This document shows, one piece after another, positions 1 to 9,270 of a stretch of DNA of 64,000 bases. Every line of letters starts with the position of its first letter. Within the stretch, counting starts at the first letter, position 1. The DNA is taken from assembly GCA_016839585.1 (NCBI GenBank), contig JAEOTZ010000072.1, positions 87,355-151,354 of the forward strand, written 5' to 3'. The DNA is from Promethearchaeota archaeon (GTDB lineage Archaea > Asgardarchaeota > Lokiarchaeia > Sigyniarchaeales > SOKP01). Position numbers and translations under genes: made by a program. The notes beneath the pieces are model-generated. The model was not told where the DNA came from. It was given only the letters and a program-made list of their open reading frames with translations, and did not search any database.

Positions 1-123
1 ACATTTAAACTCTTTTTAAATTGTTTATATCTTAAGATTTAATCTAAATAAATTATCCCTTCCAATATATGATTTTTAAAAAATATTTTAGAATAGAATA
101 AAAATTTAAAGGAGGTTTAAAAA

Positions 124-378
124 TTGAGTGAGAAAGATAATAACGATGTTGAATATGATGAAGAATTAGATACACGAGGTTTATTTTGTCCAGAACCTCT
201 TTTCGAGGTTAGGAATTTAAGTGAAACCCTTGAAGTAGGGCAATGTTTTAAAGTGATTGCTGATGATCCTGCTGCTGAGGAGGATCTTACGCGGTGGGCT
301 AAGAGGACAGAGACACAATTAGTAGAGTTTAGAAAGGATGGGGACGATTTAATATTTTATTTTAAAAAAGTAAAATAA
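124..378 (+). CDS. tusA: TusA/SirA-family sulfur carrier
   Basis: LDTRGLFCPEP motif and ADDPAAEEDL; 84 aa; GGAGG SD before the TTG start. Confidence 0.9.
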   Translation: MSEKDNNDVEYDEELDTRGLFCPEPLFEVRNLSETLEVGQCFKVIADDPAAEEDLTRWAKRTETQLVEFRKDGDDLIFYFKKVK

Positions 379-383
379 AAGAG

Positions 384-755
384 ATGAGAAAAAAAATGGA
401 AGAAAAACATATTCTTTATGTTCAAACAAGTCATGATCCAGAAAGACAATATAGTCCTCTTGTTTTAGCTCAAACTGCTAAGGCAATGGATATTAAAGCT
501 ACTGTTTATTACTTAGGTACTGCTTTAAGAATATTAAAACCTGGAGAGGCTGAAAAGATAAAACTTGGTGATTTTCCCAGTGTTAAAGAAATGATTGATA
601 AAACATTAAATATGGGTATTGAAATATTAGTATGCGAAGCTTCAAAGCGAATGTTAGGTTGGGAAAAAGCGGAGCTCATTCCAGGCATTAAAATTGTAGG
701 TGCTGCAACTTTAAATGATTTAGTCTTAGATGCTGATGCAACACAGTGGTTTTAA
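384..755 (+). CDS. DsrE/DsrF-family protein
   Basis: Pattern PLVLAQTAKAM...ILVCEAS...IVGAATL typical of DsrE-like proteins; lies between tusA and iscS. Confidence 0.8.
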   Translation: MRKKMEEKHILYVQTSHDPERQYSPLVLAQTAKAMDIKATVYYLGTALRILKPGEAEKIKLGDFPSVKEMIDKTLNMGIEILVCEASKRMLGWEKAELIPGIKIVGAATLNDLVLDADATQWF

Positions 756-821
756 TATTTATTTAATTGAGATAATTATATAAATTATTAATTAAAGAAT
801 TTTATAATTGAGGAGGTAAAA

Positions 822-2015
822 ATGAGTATATATCTGGATTATCAAGCAGCAAAACCAGTTGATGTAAGAGTAGTTTCAGAGATGACTATATACTTTAATA
901 ACAAGTTTGCTAATCCATCTTCTTTACATTGCGATGGGGATGAAGCAACTGATGCATTAATTGAATCTCGCCAAAAAATTGCTGATTTTATTAATGCTCC
1001 AAACACATCAGATATAATTTTTACATCAAGTGCTACTGAATCAAACAATCTAGCACTTATAGGTTCAGCAATGAGAAATAAAAAGAAAGGCAACCATATA
1101 ATTATATCCGAGATTGAACATATATCCATATTAAATATCGCTAAATATTTGGAACGTGAAGGTTTCAAGGTTAGTAGAGTTCCCGTAGATCAATTTGGAA
1201 TTATTAAACTTGAGAAGTTGGAGAAATTAATAAATGATCAGACAATTTTAATTTCAATCTCTACTGCGAGTAATGAGGTTGGATCTCTTCAACCAATAAA
1301 AGAGATTAGTGAAATTGCGGCAAAAAAGAATGTTTTATTTCATACTGATGCTGTAGCTAGTGAAGGTGTTATTCCGATCGATGTACAAAAAGTACCGATA
1401 GATATGATGACCTTATCTTCGAATGATATTTATGGACCTAGGGGTGTCGGAGCACTTTACTTAAAAAAGGGAGTACGTATAAATCCAATAATAATAGGTG
1501 GCGGTCAAGAACGAGGATTGAGATCTGGTTCAGAAAATGTCCCTGGTATCGTAGGTTTTGCTAAAGCAGCTGAAATTATGAGAGAAGAAATTAAAACAGA
1601 AGTAATAAGGCTAAAAAGTATGAGAGACAAACTGATTCAAGAAGTATTAAGTAGAGTTCCAAATTCGTATTTAAATGGACATCCTGAAAAACGACTTCCT
1701 AATAATGCACATTTTAGATTTGATTATATTGAAGGAGAATCATTAATATTATCTTTAAAAGATCAAAAAGTAGCTGCTGCCACGGGTTCTGCATGTTCAT
1801 CAAAGACCTTAGAACCATCTCATACATTAATTTCAATGGGTTTATTACATGAAGAGGCTCATGGCAGTTTATTATTCACATTAGGCAGGTTTACAAAAGA
1901 AGCTGATCTTGATAAAGCAATAGAAGTTTTACCTGGAATTGTTAAACGTTTACGATTATTATCCCCTTTAACGCCTCCTGAATTAATAAAAAAGTATAAT
2001 GAGGTGAATGATTAG
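822..2015 (+). CDS. iscS: Cysteine desulfurase (IscS/NifS group I)
   Basis: IYLDY, ANPSS, FTSSATESNN, HTDAV, GGGQERGLRSG and TGSACSS catalytic Cys. The PLP-lysine motif reads SSNDIYGP instead of SxHKxYGP. Confidence 0.9.
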   Translation: MSIYLDYQAAKPVDVRVVSEMTIYFNNKFANPSSLHCDGDEATDALIESRQKIADFINAPNTSDIIFTSSATESNNLALIGSAMRNKKKGNHIIISEIEHISILNIAKYLEREGFKVSRVPVDQFGIIKLEKLEKLINDQTILISISTASNEVGSLQPIKEISEIAAKKNVLFHTDAVASEGVIPIDVQKVPIDMMTLSSNDIYGPRGVGALYLKKGVRINPIIIGGGQERGLRSGSENVPGIVGFAKAAEIMREEIKTEVIRLKSMRDKLIQEVLSRVPNSYLNGHPEKRLPNNAHFRFDYIEGESLILSLKDQKVAAATGSACSSKTLEPSHTLISMGLLHEEAHGSLLFTLGRFTKEADLDKAIEVLPGIVKRLRLLSPLTPPELIKKYNEVND

Positions 2016-2016
2016 A

Positions 2017-2814
2017 ATGAAATCTACACAATATACTGAAAAAGTGTTAGACCATTTTAGAAATCCAAGAAATGTTGGAGTAATAGAAAAACCAGATGGG
2101 TATGGTAAAGTTGGAAATCCTGTTTGTGGAGATTTAATGGAAATCTTCATTAAAGTGGGTAAAAATGATTCTGGAGAAGAAGTAATTGATGATGTTAAAT
2201 TTAGAACTTTTGGATGCGGGTCTGCAGTGGCTACATCCTCAATGGTAACTACAATGGCTAAAGGGATGAAAGTTGATGATGCTTATAAAATAACTCGAAA
2301 TGATGTTGCTGATGAGTTAGAAGGATTACCCCCAATAAAGATGCATTGTTCAAACTTAGCGGCTGATGCCTTAAAAGCGGCTATAGATAATTATAGAACC
2401 AAATCAGACCCTTATGTCGAAATTGAGGCTAGAGCTTGCTCAGTACCGGATATTAAAATAATTCTTGGTGAGGATGAGTTTCTTGGAAAAGGAGTTTATA
2501 AGAAAGTTGATGATTTGTCTGAATTTAATGGAAAAAGAGTTTTAGTGGTAGATACTGGAGATAAATCCTTAGAGCTTGCGATGAAATTAACTAAACATAC
2601 TGGGAGAGTTGTAGTATTAACTTCTGCTAAAACTACACCTGGTTCAGAAGAATTAAAGAAAAAATTGAAACTATCAGATGTTAAAATCTTACACGAATCA
2701 GAGTTATTAGAAATTCAAGGTACTGATGATGTTGAAAAAGTAATAATTCAAGATTTTGATGAAGATGAAAAATATGAATTATTCGTTGATACAGTCATCA
2801 TACTTGAAGTTTAA
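2017..2814 (+). CDS. iscU: IscU/NifU Fe-S scaffold fused to a degenerate TrxR-like NAD(P)-binding domain
   Basis: YTEKVLDHFRNPRN, GNPVCGD, FGCGSA and LPPIKMHCS motifs, then ~120 extra aa. Start at 2017 chosen from GAGGTGA spacing (ORF track gives 2008). Confidence 0.9.
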   Translation: MKSTQYTEKVLDHFRNPRNVGVIEKPDGYGKVGNPVCGDLMEIFIKVGKNDSGEEVIDDVKFRTFGCGSAVATSSMVTTMAKGMKVDDAYKITRNDVADELEGLPPIKMHCSNLAADALKAAIDNYRTKSDPYVEIEARACSVPDIKIILGEDEFLGKGVYKKVDDLSEFNGKRVLVVDTGDKSLELAMKLTKHTGRVVVLTSAKTTPGSEELKKKLKLSDVKILHESELLEIQGTDDVEKVIIQDFDEDEKYELFVDTVIILEV

Positions 2815-3023
2815 GCAATTAAAAATTTTTTTTATTACTATTTCTAATGAATTTTCAAATTATAAATAAAAAGCTCTTATAACTATAAAAGTCATGGATG
2901 TCAGCTCATATAATCTTTAAGTTATAATAGCGAGTTTTAAATTTAAATGCAATTTATTTATTCTCAAAAGTAGTGTAAAAATCATACATAACTAAAATTA
3001 AAACAGATCGAGAGAGTGTTAAA

Positions 3024-5417
3024 ATGGATCGAGAGAGAATTGTAATTGTTGGTGGAGTTGCTGGAGGAGCCTCTGCGGCAGCAAGGTTAAGGAGATTACG
3101 AGAGGATTTAGAAATTGTCATGTTAGATAAAGGTCCGTATGTTAGTTTTGCCAACTGCGGGCTTCCATATTATGTGGGAAATGTAATAAAGGATCGCGAG
3201 TCTTTAGAACTAGTCTCACCAGAGATGTTCCTAGAAAGGTTCAATATTGATGTTAGAGTTAATAATGAAGTAATTTCAATAGATAAAGAGAAAAAGCAAG
3301 TCAAAGTCAGAGATTTAAAAAAATTGTACGAATACTTCTTAGATTATGATAACTTGATTTTAGCAACTGGCTCAAATCCTATTGTACCTTCTTTTAATGG
3401 TCTTGAGGATGTACCATATTTTACAGTATGGTCTATACCCGATGCTGTAAAAATTAGAGATTATGTTGAAAAACATAATATAAAGAATGCTGTTATCGTT
3501 GGTGGTGGCTTTATTGGATTAGAAATGGCAGAAAACTTAGTTGAGAAGAGAGTGAAAGTAAAAATAGTGGAAATGCTAGATCAGGTAATGCCACCAATAG
3601 ATAAGGAAATAGCGCAATTTATTCATCAAGAATTAATATTAAATGGAGTTTGTCTCGTTTTAGAAGATCCCGTAGATTCCTTTGGAAGAACTGAAGCTGG
3701 CCAACCTTTTGTTAAAACCAAAAGTGGTCGTGTTATAGAAACAGATCTGATAATTTTATCAATAGGTATTAGACCAGAAAGTAAGTTGGCTAAAGAAGCA
3801 GATTTAGAATTAACAGAAAGAGGTTATATAAAGGTTAATCGTAGAATGTTAGCATCTGATCCCAGTATTTATGCTGTTGGAGATACTATTCAAGTTCAGC
3901 ATTATCAAACAAATCAACCAATATCTATAGCCTTAGCAGGTCCAGCAAATAAACAAGGGAGAATTGCGGCAGAAAATGTTGCCGGAAGAAATTTAGAATA
4001 TAAAGGAATTTTGGGAGCATCTGTAGTTAAAATTTTTGATGTCACTGTTGCTTCTGCAGGTTTAACAGAAAAACAACTAAAAAATACCACTATTAAATAT
4101 GAAAAAATATATGTACATCCAAACAATCATGCTGGTTACTATCCAGGAGCTATACCAATAACGATTAAATTAATTTTCGAAGTACCTAGTGGTAAAGTTC
4201 TTGGAGCTCAGGCTGTTGGAGGTCAAGGTACAGAAAAAAGAATTGATGTCATCTCTACTGTAATTAAGTTTGGTGGGACAGTTTTTGACTTGGAAGAATT
4301 AGAGTTAACTTATGCTCCTCCGTATGGTTCTGCAAAAGATCCAGTAAATATGGCAGGATTTGTTGCGGCAAATTATCTTAGAGAAGATATGCCTATTTGG
4401 CATTGGCATGATATTAATGAAGTTAAAACTAATGGAGGTATATTATTAGATGTTAGAACCAAAGAAGAATATGCAGCTAGAACCATCGAGGACTCAATGA
4501 ACGTACCAATTGAAGAATTAAGAAAACGATTAAGTGAAATACCTAATAATGGGCCAATCTACGTCTATTGCGAAGTAGGATATAGAAGTTATTTAGCTAC
4601 TAGGATTCTTTTACAAAGTGGATTTAAAGAAGTCTATGAATTAACCGGAGGATTTAAAATTTTTGAAATGGCAAATGCTACCACAGAAGAAATAATGGCT
4701 GCATGTGGAGGATCCGAAAACGTTATCGAGGAATTTGTACATGAAAAAGCTATTGAAACAGATAATTATGTAGAAGTTGATGCTTGTGGATTATCCTGTC
4801 CAGGACCTCTCAATGTGTTAATCAAATCACTTGATACATTACCTGAAAATAAAAAATTAAAAATCTATGCTACTGACCCAGGATTTAAATCTAGTGTTGA
4901 AGCCTATTCTAAATTAAATGAAGCTGTAAAATTATTACATCTTGGAAAAGAAGAAGGGAAGTTAGTAGCTACTTTAGAAAAAGTCCAGCCCACTATAGAA
5001 GTTATACCTACTGTTAGAAAGAAAACTAGAAAGGAATTAAGACCTCCTGATGCACCTCCGATTTCAGATATTAATGTTGATGAATTATATGAACGAATTG
5101 ATACTGAAGATGAGCCAGTACTCTTAATTGATGTCAGAACCTCACAGGAATTTTATGGTTCAGGGGGTCATATAAAGAATTCCAAGTTAATTCCCTTAGG
5201 AGAATTATTAAATAATACAGATGTCATAAAAGATTATAAGAATGAAGAAATAGTTGTGATTTGTCATTCCGGGTCTCGCTCTATGATGGCAGCTCAATTG
5301 TTAGCACAGGCAGGATTCAAGGACGTTAGAAACCTCTTAGGGGGAATAATGATATGGCACCGAAAAGGTTATCCCGTAAAGTTAGAAGAAGAAAGAATGG
5401 CAGGAACATTTTATTGA
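3024..5417 (+). CDS. CoA-disulfide/persulfide reductase (CoADR/Npsr) fused to rhodanese, TusA and a second rhodanese domain
   Basis: GGVAGG, SFANCGLPY, GGGFIGLE, YAPPY; rhodanese YCEVGYRS; TusA DACGLSCPGP; second rhodanese ICHSGSRS. Confidence 0.9.
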   Translation: MDRERIVIVGGVAGGASAAARLRRLREDLEIVMLDKGPYVSFANCGLPYYVGNVIKDRESLELVSPEMFLERFNIDVRVNNEVISIDKEKKQVKVRDLKKLYEYFLDYDNLILATGSNPIVPSFNGLEDVPYFTVWSIPDAVKIRDYVEKHNIKNAVIVGGGFIGLEMAENLVEKRVKVKIVEMLDQVMPPIDKEIAQFIHQELILNGVCLVLEDPVDSFGRTEAGQPFVKTKSGRVIETDLIILSIGIRPESKLAKEADLELTERGYIKVNRRMLASDPSIYAVGDTIQVQHYQTNQPISIALAGPANKQGRIAAENVAGRNLEYKGILGASVVKIFDVTVASAGLTEKQLKNTTIKYEKIYVHPNNHAGYYPGAIPITIKLIFEVPSGKVLGAQAVGGQGTEKRIDVISTVIKFGGTVFDLEELELTYAPPYGSAKDPVNMAGFVAANYLREDMPIWHWHDINEVKTNGGILLDVRTKEEYAARTIEDSMNVPIEELRKRLSEIPNNGPIYVYCEVGYRSYLATRILLQSGFKEVYELTGGFKIFEMANATTEEIMAACGGSENVIEEFVHEKAIETDNYVEVDACGLSCPGPLNVLIKSLDTLPENKKLKIYATDPGFKSSVEAYSKLNEAVKLLHLGKEEGKLVATLEKVQPTIEVIPTVRKKTRKELRPPDAPPISDINVDELYERIDTEDEPVLLIDVRTSQEFYGSGGHIKNSKLIPLGELLNNTDVIKDYKNEEIVVICHSGSRSMMAAQLLAQAGFKDVRNLLGGIMIWHRKGYPVKLEEERMAGTFY

Positions 5418-5539
5418 TCTAAACTTCTGGATTTTTTATTAAAAATAAGTATAAAAGTTATAATTAGGGTAAAATATTTTAAATCAAAAATATTCATTTA
5501 TTACGAAATTTCCAAATTACAATTAGGAGGTTAAAAATT

Positions 5540-6130
5540 ATGAAAGAAACTACTAAAAAATTATATACCGCATATGTTGGAGAATCACAAGCAAGAAATA
5601 GATATAATTATTTTTCTAAAATTGCGAAAAAAGAAGGATATGTATTAGTGTCTAAAATTTTTGACGAAACATCAGATCAAGAGAAGGAACATGGTAGCTG
5701 GTTTTATAAAATGCTGCAACAGTTCAAAAAGGAAGAACCCTTTGATGAAATGAAAGTACTCCCTGATGCAGAATTTCCAACAACCCATGGAACTACAATC
5801 GAGAATTTAAAATCTGCAATTAATGGCGAAAATATGGAATGGCAAACACTTTACCCTGATATAGTTAAGACTGCTGAAAAAGAGGGGTATCCTGACATTG
5901 CCAAAAGAGTAAGTGCAATTATAAAGGCAGAAAAACATCACTCTGAGAGATATGGTAAGCTTCTTAAGTTGGTTGGTGATGATGCCTTCTTTAAACGAGG
6001 AAAGAAGGTCGTGTGGGTCTGTATGGAATGCGGTTATGAGGTAGAAATGGATGAATTACCAAAAGATTTCAAATGTCCATCTTGTGATCACCCTAGAGAA
6101 TATTATAGAAAGAAATGTGAAGATTTTTAG
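5540..6130 (+). CDS. rbr: Rubrerythrin
   Basis: GESQARNRY, EKEH and EKHH diiron ligands; C-terminal CMECG...CPSCDHP. Confidence 0.93.
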   Translation: MKETTKKLYTAYVGESQARNRYNYFSKIAKKEGYVLVSKIFDETSDQEKEHGSWFYKMLQQFKKEEPFDEMKVLPDAEFPTTHGTTIENLKSAINGENMEWQTLYPDIVKTAEKEGYPDIAKRVSAIIKAEKHHSERYGKLLKLVGDDAFFKRGKKVVWVCMECGYEVEMDELPKDFKCPSCDHPREYYRKKCEDF

Positions 6131-6230
6131 AAAAAATTTAGTTATTTTTAATTTAAAATGAAAATCATTAAATAGAAAAATATATGTGATAAAGCACAAA
6201 ATAGTTAAATCTCAAATTGGTTATTAAAAA

Positions 6231-6620
6231 ATGAAACGAAAAGATATATATAAGTGTGAAATTTGTGGAAAAGTAATTGAGATCCTTAATCCAGCAGCAC
6301 CCGAAACAATCTGTTGCGGTCAACCTATGACATTAATGGAGGAGCTTTCCAAAGATTGGAAACTAGAGAAGCATGTCCCAAAGATCACAATTGAAGGCAA
6401 TAAAGTAACTGTTGATGTGGGTATTTCAATGGGAACTCCTCATCCAATGACAATGGAACATTGGATTATGTGGGTTGAGATAATGTGCAAAGATGGTTGC
6501 TACGAAAGAAGATTTTTAAATCCTGGAGATGAGCCTAAAGCAACTTTTACTGTTGCAAATCCAGAGGGTCTCATAGCAAGGGAATATTGCAATATCCATG
6601 GATTATGGATATCTAAGTAA
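6231..6620 (+). CDS. dfx: Desulfoferrodoxin (2Fe superoxide reductase)
   Basis: YKCEICG...CCGQPM desulforedoxin domain; EKHVP, HPM, EHWI and CNIHG ligands. Confidence 0.93.
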   Translation: MKRKDIYKCEICGKVIEILNPAAPETICCGQPMTLMEELSKDWKLEKHVPKITIEGNKVTVDVGISMGTPHPMTMEHWIMWVEIMCKDGCYERRFLNPGDEPKATFTVANPEGLIAREYCNIHGLWISK

Positions 6621-6742
6621 GGATACTAACAAATTAACCTTTTCTTTTTTTTTATTATTTAAAAATTAAATATTTAAAGTTTAATTTTAATTATGACACT
6701 TATAATTATTTAATAGCAAGAGCTTATTTAGAAATATTATTT

Positions 6743-8098
6743 ATGTTAATTTATTTACAAATTTTTGTTATAAGTTGTTTTCTTGTCGTTATTATTGCCC
6801 TCTTTCGTGAGAAGACAGATTTTTTAACATATAGCATCGCAGCTATGCTAGCAGCAGCTACTGCAACATTTCTTTTTTCACCGGAATCCTTCTCTATTGA
6901 TGAATTTATTCTTGCAATAGATTGGCCAGTTATTTTTTTCTTAATTTCTTTATTTACGATAGTTGTTATTTTAGAGGAACAGTTAATTTTTCAGGAAATA
7001 GCGTTAAGAATCACTAGAAAATTTAGTACAAATACTCGAAAATTTTTTTGGGTAATTTGCTTAATTTCAACATTCAGTGCTGCGTTTATTGAAGATGTTT
7101 CAGTAACTGTAATTTTCATTCCCATGATTATTAGTACAAGCGAAAAGATGAGAATTAATCCTACTCCAATACTTCTAGGAATGACTATTTGTATTAATCT
7201 TGCCGCAACTTTAACTCCGTTCGGGTCTGCGCAGAATATATTAATAGCAAACAAATTTACACTTTCAACGAGCTGGTTTTTTACAAATTTAGCAGCATTT
7301 TTTATTATTGGTACATTGCTGACTCTATTTCTTCTGGATTATTTCGTTCTTAGAAAGCATTTAAAAGAGATTTGGGTTCCACATTGTGAAGAATATGAAG
7401 AGCCATTAGAAACTGAACACTTAGAAGAACATGAGTTAATTATTATGGAAGATTCAATTAATCCTAAGATTTTTTATCGCAATTTAATTAGTTTATTCAT
7501 TTTTTTCATAATGTTAATTATCATTCCAGACATTTTATTTATAGGGTTATTAGGAATGTTGTTGTTTGTATTTATTAACCCACGTAAAGGAGAGGCTGAT
7601 AGAAAGAAGCCAGACATTTCTTATTACTTTTCTAAAGTAGATTTTAAATTACCTTTCTTTTTTATAAGTTTATTTATTTTGGTATTCTGTTTTGACAAAG
7701 TAGGGCTTATCGGCATCATTGAAGATTTTGTAGTAACAATTTCTCCAAATAATCTTTTCTTACTATGCATATTTGTATTAATTATAACATCTATTCTTTC
7801 AGGATTTCTTGATAACGTTCCTGTTACAGTTCTTTTTATCCCAGTCATACAAGTTTTAATAGCTTCTGATTTTTCATCAATCCCATTGTTAATAGCATTC
7901 ATATTAGGGATAAACTTAGGAGGGAACTTTTTACCACAAGGCTCAGCAGCGGATATGATGACACTCGAATTATCTACAAAATATTGCGTAGACGGGATGA
8001 ATTATAAAAAACTGCTAAAGATTGGAGGGTTATTTGCCTTATTCCATATAATTCTTGGTATTGGATATTTAGCATTAATTATTTTTATCTTCTTTTAA
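6743..8098 (+). CDS. ArsB/NhaD/SLC13-family ion transporter
   Basis: Multi-TM; TLTPFGSAQN, SGFLDNVP, LGGNFLPQGSA. Confidence 0.8.
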   Translation: MLIYLQIFVISCFLVVIIALFREKTDFLTYSIAAMLAAATATFLFSPESFSIDEFILAIDWPVIFFLISLFTIVVILEEQLIFQEIALRITRKFSTNTRKFFWVICLISTFSAAFIEDVSVTVIFIPMIISTSEKMRINPTPILLGMTICINLAATLTPFGSAQNILIANKFTLSTSWFFTNLAAFFIIGTLLTLFLLDYFVLRKHLKEIWVPHCEEYEEPLETEHLEEHELIIMEDSINPKIFYRNLISLFIFFIMLIIIPDILFIGLLGMLLFVFINPRKGEADRKKPDISYYFSKVDFKLPFFFISLFILVFCFDKVGLIGIIEDFVVTISPNNLFLLCIFVLIITSILSGFLDNVPVTVLFIPVIQVLIASDFSSIPLLIAFILGINLGGNFLPQGSAADMMTLELSTKYCVDGMNYKKLLKIGGLFALFHIILGIGYLALIIFIFF

Positions 8099-8123
8099 AA
8101 AAAATGAGGTTTTAGATTACCAG

Positions 8124-8675
8124 ATGAGGAAAAATAAAGCTATCTTTTTAGACAGAGATGGCACAATAATTGAAGATAAAAATTATGCTTATAAAATTGA
8201 AGATTTAGAACTTTTACCGGGAGTGGTAGATGGTTTGAAATTATTACAAAGGTATTTTATTTTTTTCATAATAACAAATCAATCCGGGATTGGAAGAGGT
8301 TATTATACAGTGGTGGATTTTCATAAATTTAACAATTATCTCATTAAGCAATTAAAAGAGCATAGTATTAAAATAGAAAGAACCTATTTTTGCCCTCATT
8401 TAAAAGAAGATAATTGTGAATGTAGAAAACCAAAAACAAAATTTATTGATACTATAGTATCTGATTATAATATAAATATAGAAAATTCTTGGATGATTGG
8501 TGATCACCCTTCAGATGTTCTCTGTGGTATTAATGCAGGATGCAAAACAGTTTTTCTCTTAACGGGACACGGTCGAAAACACATTCAAGACTTAGAAGAG
8601 AATGAAATTGCTCCAAATATCATAACTAACAACTTTTTGAAAGCAGCAAGAGAAATAATTAAAGAATTTAAATAG
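8124..8675 (+). CDS. gmhB: HAD-IIIA phosphatase (GmhB/HisB-N family)
   Basis: FLDRDGT, TNQSGIGRG, CPH...CECRKP, MIGD. Confidence 0.8.
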   Translation: MRKNKAIFLDRDGTIIEDKNYAYKIEDLELLPGVVDGLKLLQRYFIFFIITNQSGIGRGYYTVVDFHKFNNYLIKQLKEHSIKIERTYFCPHLKEDNCECRKPKTKFIDTIVSDYNINIENSWMIGDHPSDVLCGINAGCKTVFLLTGHGRKHIQDLEENEIAPNIITNNFLKAAREIIKEFK

Positions 8676-8781
8676 CCAATTCAAATAAAATTAAGTGGAA
8701 TAGTTTTATTAAGAGATTAGTATAAAAGGGTAAATTATTATTAATTAAAAAAACATAAAATAATTTTGGTATAAGAGTACT

Positions 8782-9252
8782 TTGCTTATTAAAAAATTAA
8801 ATAATGCTACTCTATGGAATAAAATCCAGAAATTGAGAGAAATTATTAAGTCAATAGACAATTTCAAACAAAGAAAATGTTGGAATTGTAGCAAGGAGTT
8901 AAATATTTATGATTTTTTAAGTGATAATGTTGATCTTACTTTAGAATATTTAATAAAACTATGGCAAACCGATTTAGTTGAGTTTCATTGTTGTGAATGT
9001 TTTAAAAATCTAAAGATAAAAGAATTAGAAAAATTTAATATGCAAATAGATACAAGAACTTGTTCATTTTGTAAGAAACAATTAAATATATATGAGTATA
9101 GTAAATATTATAATTATTTAAAGATAGGAGAATTAAAATCTATTTGGTTCGACGAAAATCATAAGATTTTTTGCGATAAAATATGCTTAAGAAAATTCTA
9201 TAATATAAAGGGTATTTCTCCAACAAGAATAAAAAAAATAAGTAAAAATTAA
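8782..9252 (+). CDS. Hypothetical protein with two tandem Cys-rich (putative Zn-finger) repeats
   Basis: CWNCSKELNIYD...W...CCEC and CSFCKKQLNIYE...W...CDKIC. Confidence 0.65.
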   Translation: MLIKKLNNATLWNKIQKLREIIKSIDNFKQRKCWNCSKELNIYDFLSDNVDLTLEYLIKLWQTDLVEFHCCECFKNLKIKELEKFNMQIDTRTCSFCKKQLNIYEYSKYYNYLKIGELKSIWFDENHKIFCDKICLRKFYNIKGISPTRIKKISKN

Positions 9253-9270
9253 ATGATTTATAGGATAAGT

